From: a virus
UHGV virus genome: UHGV-0286028
DNA length: 24,559 nt
Reading direction: 5' to 3' (one strand)
Made by a program: the position numbers and the translations under genes. Below the pieces are notes generated by a model, which saw nothing but the letters and a program-made list of their open reading frames with translations, was not told where the DNA came from and searched no databases. This document shows positions 7,488 to 14,921 of the stretch, in pieces; position 1 is the first letter of the stretch; each line of letters opens with the position of its first letter.

Positions 7488-8235
7488 GTACGATCGCTTA
7501 CGTGAGCATGGTGTTGCTGTGCATGAAGAGCGGCGTGACAGCAATGGCAAAAAGGAGCAGGTTGCTAGAATTTTCAATGAACTATTTGTCCAGTTACAGG
7601 CTGCATTTCCTGCAAGCGTTTCGACCATAAGGGAGCAGAACAAACTTAATGAATTCCGTAAGCAATGGATGCTTGCGTTTCTGGAGAATGGGATCACAAC
7701 AATGGAACAGGTTAACGCTGGTATGCGCCACGCCCGCGCCAGTGAATCTCCGTTCTGGCCGTCGCCAGGGCAATTCATCAAGTGGTGCAAAGACAGCAAG
7801 ATGGTTCTTGGCGTCACCATTGACGATGTGATGGCGGAGTTTCACCGGTACAGCAAGGAAAAAAGTTTATATCCTGGTGGTCCCGAAAGATTCCCGTGGC
7901 GACATCCGGTTATGTACTGGGTCGTATGTGATACCCGCCGTGCAATGTATCAGCGCCAGCTTAGCGAGATTGAGGTTGAGAAACACGCGCGCAGGCTGCT
8001 CGATGATTGGGCGAAAAAGGTGGCTTCCGGACAGCAGATACCCGATCCGGTGATCAGCATACAGGCAAAGCCAGAGCCCATGAGTACACCTCCGGACACA
8101 GGGAGAGACGTTTACCATCCACCAGGGCGAAGTTTCGGGTGCATGCCTAACGCCGCCACCCTAGGGGGAATAACACCGGCGCAGTGGCTGATGGAGGAAT
8201 ACAGGCGGGGAAAGGCGGCAGGATTTATCAAGTAA
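7459..8235 (+). CDS. Replication protein P-like DnaB helicase loader
   Basis: 258 aa; strong by-eye similarity to lambda P (ours QLQAAFPAS ... RKQWMLAFLENGITTMEQVNAGMRHAR ... PSPGQF vs lambda ATFPAS ... RRQWVLAFRENGITTMEQVNAGMRVAR ... PSPGQF); overlaps the O-like stop by 29 nt. Confidence 0.85.
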   Translation: MKSTPELLNEYDRLREHGVAVHEERRDSNGKKEQVARIFNELFVQLQAAFPASVSTIREQNKLNEFRKQWMLAFLENGITTMEQVNAGMRHARASESPFWPSPGQFIKWCKDSKMVLGVTIDDVMAEFHRYSKEKSLYPGGPERFPWRHPVMYWVVCDTRRAMYQRQLSEIEVEKHARRLLDDWAKKVASGQQIPDPVISIQAKPEPMSTPPDTGRDVYHPPGRSFGCMPNAATLGGITPAQWLMEEYRRGKAAGFIK

Positions 8236-8240
8236 TACCA

Positions 8241-8260
8241 GCGCGATAGCGCATTTTTTT
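8241..8260 (+). terminator. Weak terminator-like hairpin plus T7 run after the P-like gene
   Basis: GCGC-GATA-GCGC followed by ATTTTTTT. Confidence 0.4.
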
Positions 8261-8272
8261 ACGTTTCAATGA

Positions 8273-8287
8273 TTACCTGACGGGTAA
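8273..8287. promoter_or_regulatory. Operator palindrome TTACC-TGACG-GGTAA
   Basis: Perfect inverted repeat in the P / DUF1064 intergenic region. Confidence 0.6.
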
Positions 8288-8335
8288 TAAAATATTCTAA
8301 AATCTATTGATTTCGTGTCTTATGTGGTTTTTAAT

Positions 8336-8350
8336 TACCTTGGAGGTAAA
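8336..8350. promoter_or_regulatory. Operator palindrome TTACC-TTGGA-GGTAA overlapping the Shine-Dalgarno of the next gene
   Basis: Perfect inverted repeat; the GGAGG inside it is the RBS for the ATG at 8353. Confidence 0.6.
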
Positions 8351-8352
8351 TC

Positions 8353-8697
8353 ATGAAAAAACAGATACAGGCTCTTGGTCGACTCAAAACAGGCCAGATG
8401 AACAAAACAGAATCTGCGTATTGCCAGCACCTTGAGCAGCGTAAACGTGCAGGGGAAATCGCCTGGTATCGATTCGAGGGTATCAAGCTGCGGTTAGCTG
8501 ACAACACGTTCTATACGCCCGATTTTGCTGTGATGCTCGCCACCGGCGAGATGGAACTGCACGAAGTGAAAGGTTTCTGGACCGACGACGCCAGGGTGAA
8601 AACCAAAGTCGCCGCAGATCAGTATCCGTTCCGAATCATCGGGGTAACGGTTAAACCAAAGAAAGCAGGTGGTGGCTGGAACATCGAAGAGTTCTGA
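8353..8697 (+). CDS. DUF1064-like protein, predicted PD-(D/E)XK nuclease fold
   Basis: 114 aa; YTPDFAV ... ELHEVKG fits a D ... E-x-K nuclease motif; position equivalent to the nin-region recombination/resolvase genes of lambdoid phages. Confidence 0.55.
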   Translation: MKKQIQALGRLKTGQMNKTESAYCQHLEQRKRAGEIAWYRFEGIKLRLADNTFYTPDFAVMLATGEMELHEVKGFWTDDARVKTKVAADQYPFRIIGVTVKPKKAGGGWNIEEF

Positions 8698-8758
8698 ATC
8701 GACGATCTTTTTAGTTATCAATGTAATCAATAAGTTATGTGGATAATCGAGGGTAAAG

Positions 8759-9253
8759 ATGGAAAGTAATATCAAAGGGTTAGTTGCCGCCGGGCATGAG
8801 ATGGCTTCGGAACTGAAAGCAGAATGTGGTGCCGTTGATATGCGCAGTGTGGCAAAGCTGATCAGCGATTTGGCAACGCAACTGGAAGTGCAACTGGCGC
8901 GTGCTAATGCGCTGGCAGCGGAGAATGCGGCGCTGAAGGCTGCGCACCCTCAACCATTCGGACCTGAGATGATGAAGGCTCTTGATGCGTATGAGAAGTA
9001 TCAGGATGAAGTGCCGGAGACTGGGATGCTCAATGCATTTTTCATCTTGCGCGACAGTATCCGTGTTGACACCCCAGCCACCGATGCTTTCCTGTCTGAA
9101 GTACGGGCGCAGGGGGTGGATATGGCTCGTAACGCGATGATTGATTTTGTTGATGGTGAAGTTGGGCCAAACAAGAACGTTCCGGGGCTGATTAGAGGCG
9201 CAGAGATATGCGTAAGTATTGCTGAACAGCTTCGCAAAGGAGGCAACCAGTGA
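8759..9253 (+). CDS. Hypothetical protein (Ala-rich, probable coiled coil in N-terminal half)
   Basis: 164 aa, GAGGG SD, no recognisable motif. Confidence 0.5.
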   Translation: MESNIKGLVAAGHEMASELKAECGAVDMRSVAKLISDLATQLEVQLARANALAAENAALKAAHPQPFGPEMMKALDAYEKYQDEVPETGMLNAFFILRDSIRVDTPATDAFLSEVRAQGVDMARNAMIDFVDGEVGPNKNVPGLIRGAEICVSIAEQLRKGGNQ

Positions 9254-9816
9254 GCAAGATTAATTATCAGGCACTGCGTGAGGCGGCAGAGAAAGCCGGT
9301 GAAGATAAGTGGCAGGCTAAAAAAATAAATGGTGATTTTTTCGTTATTCGTCACGGTAGTTATACAAGACAGCATGGATACACATCGTATCAACCCATTG
9401 CTGAGATTGATTGTAAGCCAGTCCGTGATTTTGTTGCCAAGGCTAATCCGGCAACCGTGCTGGCGCTTCTGGATGAACGGGAAAGAAACCAGCAATACAT
9501 CAAACGCCGCGACCAGGAGAACGAGGATATTGCGCTAACGGTAGGGAAGCTGCGCGTTGAGCTTGAGGAGACAAAATCAAAACTCAACGAGCAGCGCGAG
9601 TATTACGAGGGAGTTATCTCTGATGGGTGCAAGCGTATTGCTGAACTGGAAGCGCGGGAAGTTCAATTACCGACTCGCTACGACCTTCGATATGGACACC
9701 CGATAAATGAAGGTGAGCGACAAGTCATGATACCTAAAGAAAATGGCAGTTGGCTTTACCTGATTGACCTAGAACACGCATTACGCGTCGCTGGCATTCG
9801 CATCAAAGGAGAGTGA
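9250..9816 (+). CDS. Ead/Ea22-like protein
   Basis: GTG start overlapping the upstream stop; N-terminus MSKINYQALREAAEKAGEDKWQ is the characteristic Ea22-family start; central coiled-coil region. Confidence 0.7.
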   Translation: MSKINYQALREAAEKAGEDKWQAKKINGDFFVIRHGSYTRQHGYTSYQPIAEIDCKPVRDFVAKANPATVLALLDERERNQQYIKRRDQENEDIALTVGKLRVELEETKSKLNEQREYYEGVISDGCKRIAELEAREVQLPTRYDLRYGHPINEGERQVMIPKENGSWLYLIDLEHALRVAGIRIKGE

Positions 9817-9817
9817 G

Positions 9818-10006
9818 ATGAACGGACAAATATCAATTATTCGCCCTGGCGCTTGTGACGAAGAGATAAGGCTGATTATCCGCCTTGCGATGGGTAGAAC
9901 AATAACTGCTCTCATTACTCCAGAAAATCTCGCATTAGCATTAACCGGAAAGTCAGACCTGCCAGTAGAGCTAAAGCTGCGAAATGTTGAGATTAAGGTG
10001 AAATAG
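9818..10006 (+). CDS. Small hypothetical protein
   Basis: 62-aa ORF in tight series with its neighbours. Confidence 0.35.
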   Translation: MNGQISIIRPGACDEEIRLIIRLAMGRTITALITPENLALALTGKSDLPVELKLRNVEIKVK

Positions 10007-10008
10007 CT

Positions 10009-10815
10009 ATGACCACTATTACCAAAGAGCGACTACTGACAATCAAGCAGTGGCGCGAAACATACGGACCTGGTAGCAACGTTGTACTGCCAGCAGAAGA
10101 AGCGGAAGAACTGGCACGAATTGCTCTGGCATCACTGGAGGCAGAGCCAGTGGCAAAAATTATAGCTCACTACCCATTAGGAATTGACGTAGGCAAACAA
10201 AAGTTCGTACAGGCCATTGGAGAGCTTCCTGACTTTGGAGGATATCTATTCGCCGCTCCACCTGTGCCGGTAACACAGGCTAATGTCGCGCAAGCAATTG
10301 AAAATCTCAAGCAGAAGTTAGTGGAATGCAATCGCTATAACTACTGCGCAGATGCAGTTAAGGGCGTAGAGGATGCCTGCCGTGCTGTTAGCTATAGCCA
10401 AGCCGACAATCAACCAGCATCTGGCAACCAGGCTGCCGAATCCAATCGCGGTAATGAGTGGACTGGCAATCCTGATATTGATAACGCCATCATCATGCTC
10501 GACCGCATAGATACGCTGGAAAATTGCGATGATGACCGTATTGAGGCTGTTAAGGCTGTTTTGCGTAGACTGGCTGGCAACTATCCGGTAACTCCGGATG
10601 GTTGGATAAGCTGTAGTGAGCGAATGCCGAATACCAAAACAGCCGTTCTTGTTGCCGTGGAGTTTGACAGGAAAGGTGACTGGCGAATGAAATGGGCTAC
10701 TTACATCCCGGGGCATCCTGACGCTAATGATGGATGGATAATTCCTGGTGCGTCGTGGAAACCGTCACACTGGATGCCGCTACCGGAACCACCGCAGGAG
10801 GTTAACCGTGGCTAA
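10009..10815 (+). CDS. DUF551 domain-containing protein
   Basis: 268 aa; C-terminal W/P-rich segment (WISCSERMP ... WIIPGASWKPSHWMPLPEPP) typical of the DUF551 phage domain. Confidence 0.6.
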   Translation: MTTITKERLLTIKQWRETYGPGSNVVLPAEEAEELARIALASLEAEPVAKIIAHYPLGIDVGKQKFVQAIGELPDFGGYLFAAPPVPVTQANVAQAIENLKQKLVECNRYNYCADAVKGVEDACRAVSYSQADNQPASGNQAAESNRGNEWTGNPDIDNAIIMLDRIDTLENCDDDRIEAVKAVLRRLAGNYPVTPDGWISCSERMPNTKTAVLVAVEFDRKGDWRMKWATYIPGHPDANDGWIIPGASWKPSHWMPLPEPPQEVNRG

Positions 10816-11089
10816 CCTGCAACTTGCCGTTAGATGTGAATACTTCGACGCCATGATTCGCGGAGAGAAAACGGAAGAGTATCGCCTGTGTAATGACTAC
10901 TGGAATAAACGCCTCGTTAATCGTAAGTATGACCGCCTGATTATCACAAAGGGATATCCGAAGCGCGACGATTCCAGCCGCAGAATTGATGTTCCGTATG
11001 ACGGATATGAAATCAAGACAATCACACATCCACACTTCGGTGATAAACCGGTAAAGGTGTTCGCGATAAAGGTGAATATTGATGGCTAA
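10808..11089 (+). CDS. ASCH-domain protein (PUA-like fold)
   Basis: GTG at 10808 with AGGAGG SD 6 nt upstream; IRGEKTEEYR matches the ASCH G-x-K-x-x-E-x-R signature; 93 aa. Confidence 0.6.
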   Translation: MANLQLAVRCEYFDAMIRGEKTEEYRLCNDYWNKRLVNRKYDRLIITKGYPKRDDSSRRIDVPYDGYEIKTITHPHFGDKPVKVFAIKVNIDG

Positions 11090-11420
11090 ATCAGCAGCAG
11101 AGCGCAAAGCCGCTCAGAGAGCCAGACAAGCTGAATCCGGTGTGCGTAAGCTGGAAATTGTGCTTGATGCTCAGGAAATTGAAATGCTGGAGCGTAACTG
11201 TGCCACGCGTCGCCCCGGGCGTGCGCCTTACGAATTTGGTGAGTATATAGCGTTACTGATCCGCCAGGATGATGCACGCGTGCGCGGGCGTATAAAATCG
11301 ATCAGCAGAAAACGTTGCGGTAAGTGCGGCGAGAGCGTTCCTGTGAATTCATGCCCGTGTAATGGTGACTCGCAATGCTGGGTGACCAAAGGCTGGCATG
11401 AAACGAAATTAATAGTGTGA
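11082..11420 (+). CDS. Hypothetical protein with C-terminal Cys cluster (zinc-ribbon-like)
   Basis: ATG 11082; N-terminal basic segment; C-terminus CGKCGESVPVNSCPCNGDSQC. Confidence 0.5.
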   Translation: MAKSAAERKAAQRARQAESGVRKLEIVLDAQEIEMLERNCATRRPGRAPYEFGEYIALLIRQDDARVRGRIKSISRKRCGKCGESVPVNSCPCNGDSQCWVTKGWHETKLIV

Positions 11421-11650
11421 CATGTCACGAAGGTGTTATGCCAAAAATACGCTACGACCTTGAAGATATGAGAGATAACTCAGCAAATTTTCCGAAAGAG
11501 GTTAAATTTCTCATGCATAAGTATGGTTGCGCCAAGAGGGATATAGTTATCGACAGTCAGCACCCTTGCGGCGAGGATGTAATTTTCATTCGCGGTAAAT
11601 GGGAAGGGTATCTTGACGAGAGTTTTTACGATGAATTTGATGGACTTTGA
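11417..11650 (+). CDS. Small hypothetical protein, last gene before the late-operon terminator
   Basis: 77-aa ORF with ATGA-type overlap to the upstream gene. Confidence 0.4.
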   Translation: MTCHEGVMPKIRYDLEDMRDNSANFPKEVKFLMHKYGCAKRDIVIDSQHPCGEDVIFIRGKWEGYLDESFYDEFDGL

Positions 11651-11655
11651 ATACT

Positions 11656-11681
11656 GCCGCCAACTATGGCGGCTTTATTTT
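11656..11681 (+). terminator. Rho-independent terminator between the early/accessory block and the terminase genes
   Basis: Perfect stem GCCGCCA (11656-11662) / TGGCGGC (11667-11673), loop ACTA, then TTTATTTT. Confidence 0.75.
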
Positions 11682-11692
11682 GCATGGTACTA

Positions 11693-11725
11693 TTACCACA
11701 ACGGTAACTATTACCACGGTGGTTA
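11693..11725. promoter_or_regulatory. Twin operator palindromes directly upstream of, and overlapping, the terminase small-subunit start
   Basis: TTACC-ACAAC-GGTAA (11693-11707, perfect) and TTACC-ACGGT-GGTTA (11711-11725, one mismatch); the second ends at the first base of the ATG at 11725. Confidence 0.55.
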
Positions 11726-12321
11726 TGATGCCTGCTGAACCTAAAACCTATAAACGCAAATCAACGCAATTTAAGCCACTAACAGCAATGCAGGAGGCTT
11801 ATTGCCAGTCATACATCAAAACGCCTGAAAACCAGACTCAGGCAGCGATTAACGCAGGATTCTCCCCAAATACAGCGGCAGTTAAAGCCAGTGTCATGAT
11901 GCGCGATGAACGCATTCAAAAACGGATTGCCGAGTTGATGGAGGAGCGCAACAAACGAATGCGCGTCAGTGCTGATTACGTTCTCATGCGCCTGGTGGAG
12001 ATCGACCAGATGGACGTGATCGACATCCTCAACGACGATGGGAGCCTTAAACCAATCCGTGAGTGGCCGAAAATCTGGCGCACTACGCTTAGTGGCTTTG
12101 ATCTGTCATCGACCATCATGAACATGAACGAGGATTCGATAGAGACAATCCTCAAAAAAATTAAATGGCCTGACAAGGTGAAGAACCTCGAACTGATTGG
12201 TAAGCACGTCGACGTCAACGCATTCAAAGAACGCCTGGATGTTAATGTGAATGTGACAATTGCTGATCGCATAGCGGCAGCCAGGAAGAGACTGAAAGAA
12301 CGTCAGGATGGCAATCAGTGA
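11725..12321 (+). CDS. Terminase small subunit
   Basis: ATG at 11725 (MMPAEPKTYKRK...); LTAMQEAYCQSYIKTPENQTQAAINAGFSPNTAAVKASVMMRDERIQKRI matches the small-terminase HTH region; stop overlaps the large-subunit start. The ORF-track start 11647 is a TTG inside the terminator. Confidence 0.7.
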   Translation: MMPAEPKTYKRKSTQFKPLTAMQEAYCQSYIKTPENQTQAAINAGFSPNTAAVKASVMMRDERIQKRIAELMEERNKRMRVSADYVLMRLVEIDQMDVIDILNDDGSLKPIREWPKIWRTTLSGFDLSSTIMNMNEDSIETILKKIKWPDKVKNLELIGKHVDVNAFKERLDVNVNVTIADRIAAARKRLKERQDGNQ

Positions 12322-13793
12322 CAGATACAGCGTTATCTCCTGAAGAGCAGTTAATCGAGGATATTGCAGGGTTCACTCACGATCCGCTTGGCTATGCCCT
12401 CTATGCGTTCCCGTGGGGGGAAGAGGGTACTGAACTGGCATATGCTACCGGCCCACGTCAGTGGCAGGCTGATGCGTTCCGAGAGATACGTGATCACCTG
12501 CAGAATCCAGAGACGCGCTATCAGCCGCTTATGCTGGCACGCGCTTCTGGTCACGGTATTGGTAAATCCGCATTCATCTCAATGCTGATCAACTGGGGCA
12601 TGTCCACTTGCGAGGATTGTAAGGTCGTGGTGACCGCCAACACCGACAACCAGCTACGAACGAAGACCTGGCCGGAAATTATCAAGTGGTCGAACCTTGC
12701 TATCACGAAAGACTGGTTTACCTGTACCGCTACCGCGATGTACAGCAATGACCCTGGGCACGACAAGCGGTGGCGTGCTGACGCAATACCCTGGTCTGAG
12801 CACAACACTGAGGCGTTCGCCGGACTACACAACGAGCGCAAACGCATCATCGTGGTGTTTGATGAAGCGTCGAACATTGCGGATCTGGTGTGGGAAGTTG
12901 CCGAAGGTGCGCTAACGGACGAAGACACTGAGATTATCTGGGTGGCGTTCGGAAACCCGACGCGTAATACCGGACGTTTCCGTGAATGTTTCCGCAAGTA
13001 TAAACACCGCTGGAAAACTGCGCAGATTGACAGTCGGACGGTGGAAGGTACCAACAAACAGCAGTTGCAGAAATGGGTTGATGACTACGGGGAAGACAGC
13101 GACTTCGTTAAAATCCGTGTGCGTGGCATATTCCCTGATGCATCTGAATTGCAGTTTATCCCTACCGGTCTTACTGACGAGGCAATGAAACGGGTGGTAA
13201 CCGCTGCGCAGGTTGCACATGCTCCGGTGATAATCGGCGTTGACCCGGCATACTCCGGCGTTGATGACGCTGTGATATACCTGCGGCAGGGGCTACACAG
13301 TAAGGTGCTGTGGACTGGCAACAAGACTACCGACGATCTGATTATGGCGAAGCGTATCGCTGACTTTGAAGACCAGTATCAGGCTGACGCGGTGTTCATC
13401 GACTTCGGTTACGGAACCGGTTTGAAGTCAATCGGTGACGGCTGGGGTCGTACATGGCAACTTGTTCCGTTCGGTGGCGCGTCTACTGACCCGCAGATGC
13501 TTAACAAGCGTGGGGAGATGTTCAACTCATGCAAGACATGGCTGAGGCTCGGCGGCATGCTGGATGACCGGGAAACAGCGGACGACCTGTCGACGGCAGA
13601 GTACAAAGTTCGCGTGGACGGTAAAATCGTTATCGAACCGAAGGAAGATATCAAAGAGCGACTTGGGCGTTCGCCGGGTAAAGGCGATGCGCTACTGCTG
13701 ACGTTTGCTTTCCCTGTGTCGAAGCGTCTGCGAATTCCTGGGCAGCAGAACCAGCAAGGCAAGGCCATCACAGATTATGACCCGTATGCTTAA
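12318..13793 (+). CDS. Terminase large subunit
   Basis: 491 aa; N-terminal ATPase region with P-loop-like GHGIGKSAF and acidic VVFDEAS (Walker B-like); C-terminal nuclease-like region (IGVDPAYSG ... FIDFGYG); position after the small subunit. Confidence 0.88.
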   Translation: MTDTALSPEEQLIEDIAGFTHDPLGYALYAFPWGEEGTELAYATGPRQWQADAFREIRDHLQNPETRYQPLMLARASGHGIGKSAFISMLINWGMSTCEDCKVVVTANTDNQLRTKTWPEIIKWSNLAITKDWFTCTATAMYSNDPGHDKRWRADAIPWSEHNTEAFAGLHNERKRIIVVFDEASNIADLVWEVAEGALTDEDTEIIWVAFGNPTRNTGRFRECFRKYKHRWKTAQIDSRTVEGTNKQQLQKWVDDYGEDSDFVKIRVRGIFPDASELQFIPTGLTDEAMKRVVTAAQVAHAPVIIGVDPAYSGVDDAVIYLRQGLHSKVLWTGNKTTDDLIMAKRIADFEDQYQADAVFIDFGYGTGLKSIGDGWGRTWQLVPFGGASTDPQMLNKRGEMFNSCKTWLRLGGMLDDRETADDLSTAEYKVRVDGKIVIEPKEDIKERLGRSPGKGDALLLTFAFPVSKRLRIPGQQNQQGKAITDYDPYA

Positions 13794-13841
13794 TCCGCTG
13801 GTGGGGATAATGTCGTTGATATCCTCTGATGAGGATAAAAT

Positions 13842-13872
13842 AAAGCCCGCGCATTTGGCGGGCTTTATTTTT
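13842..13872. terminator. Bidirectional rho-independent terminator after terL
   Basis: AAAGCCCGC / GCGGGCTTT stem with 7-nt loop, flanked by A/T runs on both sides; serves terL (+) and the converging minus-strand gene. Confidence 0.75.
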
Positions 13873-13878
13873 AAATAA

Positions 13879-14226
13879 TTATTTCTTGATAATATTTCCA
13901 GACATTGTGCTGGCGTTTCCACCAACAGTTTCGCAGATTACATCTCCAGACATGGTGTTTACATTTCCCAATACATTGGAACAATGGACATCACCAGACA
14001 TAGTTTTCACATAATGTGCATCACCGCTTACAGTCACTGATCCATTTTCAATCTCAACACCTTCCACGCTTCCATTAATTGTTACGTTAATCTGTCCGTC
14101 AAGATTGCTATTTTTTTCGACACCATCAACGATCACTTTTCCATTGTTAATCGTAATATGATGACCAGTGAAGTCTTCTCCGTTGACGCTAACGCTAGCA
14201 CCACGTACGTTATTGATTTTAATCAT
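13879..14226 (-). CDS. Beta-solenoid repeat protein (bactofilin-like), moron
   Basis: 115 aa; internal repeats (TMSGDV x2, TMSGNI; INVTINGSVEGVEIENGSVTVSGD); GAGGA SD 9 nt upstream of the ATG; flanked by its own terminators; opposite strand to the phage operons. Confidence 0.55.
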   Translation of the reverse strand: MIKINNVRGASVSVNGEDFTGHHITINNGKVIVDGVEKNSNLDGQINVTINGSVEGVEIENGSVTVSGDAHYVKTMSGDVHCSNVLGNVNTMSGDVICETVGGNASTMSGNIIKK

Positions 14227-14334
14227 TATAAATCATCCTCTTTTTGAATCGAGATTAACCTCAGGAGATACTATGACATGTTTTTCATGTATGTCGTAAT
14301 CTGCATCGATATCATAATTGTGACGTATCACGCC

Positions 14335-14359
14335 AAAAAAAATGCCCGGCGAACCGGGC
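14335..14359 (-). terminator. Rho-independent terminator (minus strand) ending the tRNA transcript
   Basis: Stem GCCCGG (14344-14349) / CCGGGC (14354-14359), loop CGAA; A8 run on plus (14335-14342) = U8 on the minus transcript. Confidence 0.7.
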
Positions 14360-14443
14360 GAACTGGAAGCAATGAGTTATGCCTTCCGTGGCTGTACTGG
14401 TTTACAGCATGAAGTCATCGCAATGGCGTCCTGCTGTAAAAAG

Positions 14444-14479
14444 GGCGGTGATGGTTTCCCTTGAAGGACTATCACCGCC
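14444..14479. repeat. Large inverted repeat / stem-loop in the tRNA 3' trailer
   Basis: GGCGGTGAT (14444-14452) and ATCACCGCC (14471-14479), perfect 9-bp arms with an 18-nt spacer that contains a secondary CCTT/AAGG pairing. Confidence 0.5.
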
Positions 14480-14522
14480 AAGCCCCTGGAACTTCTGGCA
14501 TCACGGTCCTTAGGCGTGATTC

Positions 14523-14599
14523 TGGCGTGGCATGCAGGATTCGAACCTGCGACCAACCGCTTAGAAGACGGTTGCTCTGTCCAACTGAGCTAATGCCAC
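14523..14599 (-). tRNA. tRNA-Arg (anticodon UCU), phage-borne, argU-like
   Basis: 77 nt; I folded the reverse complement by hand: acceptor GTGGCAT/ATGCCAC, D-arm GCTC-AGTTGGACA-GAGC, anticodon stem ACCGT/GCGGT with loop CTTCTAA (U33, UCU, A37), T-arm GCAGG-TTCGAAT-CCTGC, discriminator G, encoded CCA. Confidence 0.9.
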
Positions 14600-14880
14600 A
14601 ACGCTGAGAGCACTTAGCCTGTTAAGGCGCCACACTTTGTCGCGGCTCCATAAATGCTCTCATCGTTGTACCCTCGTCTCTTCCGAGGCGTCACACCGAA
14701 TCGCCGGGATGGTGAATCCCCGTGCGCGGAATAAAACCGCTCGACTTGCACATTCCGGCTACCTGGTTCGTTTGCCCGAGCAAGGGAGGGTGCCCCTTAA
14801 ACGTATCCAGACCGCTATCGGCGCATGTGCCATACGCCGTACTGCTCAAAATAAAAGCTCACTCCACCTGTTCAATTTAA
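14600..14880 (-). other. Candidate structured non-coding leader upstream of the tRNA (function unknown)
   Basis: About 280 bp with no credible ORF on either strand (the only ORF, 14637-14900 +, has an R/S/H-rich, non-protein-like composition); several local hairpins (GAGAGCA 14606-14612 / TGCTCTC 14655-14661; CCTCG 14672-14676 / CGAGG 14684-14688). Confidence 0.3.
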
Positions 14881-14921
14881 CGACAAGCCAGTCAGGTTAA
14901 TAACCGGAATGAACCATTTGC

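Noticed and set aside
12551-13057. 168-aa minus-strand ORF
   Set aside because: Antisense inside the terminase large-subunit gene; shadow ORF.
14600-14880. Possible second tRNA gene upstream of tRNA-Arg
   Set aside because: No cloverleaf could be built: the only T-arm-like hairpin (GGGA-TTCACCA-TCCC) has a non-canonical loop and no complementary acceptor stem about 50 nt away.
14637-14900. 87-aa plus-strand ORF
   Set aside because: Composition (runs of R, S, H) is not protein-like, there is no RBS, and it overlaps the tRNA leader region; treated as non-coding.
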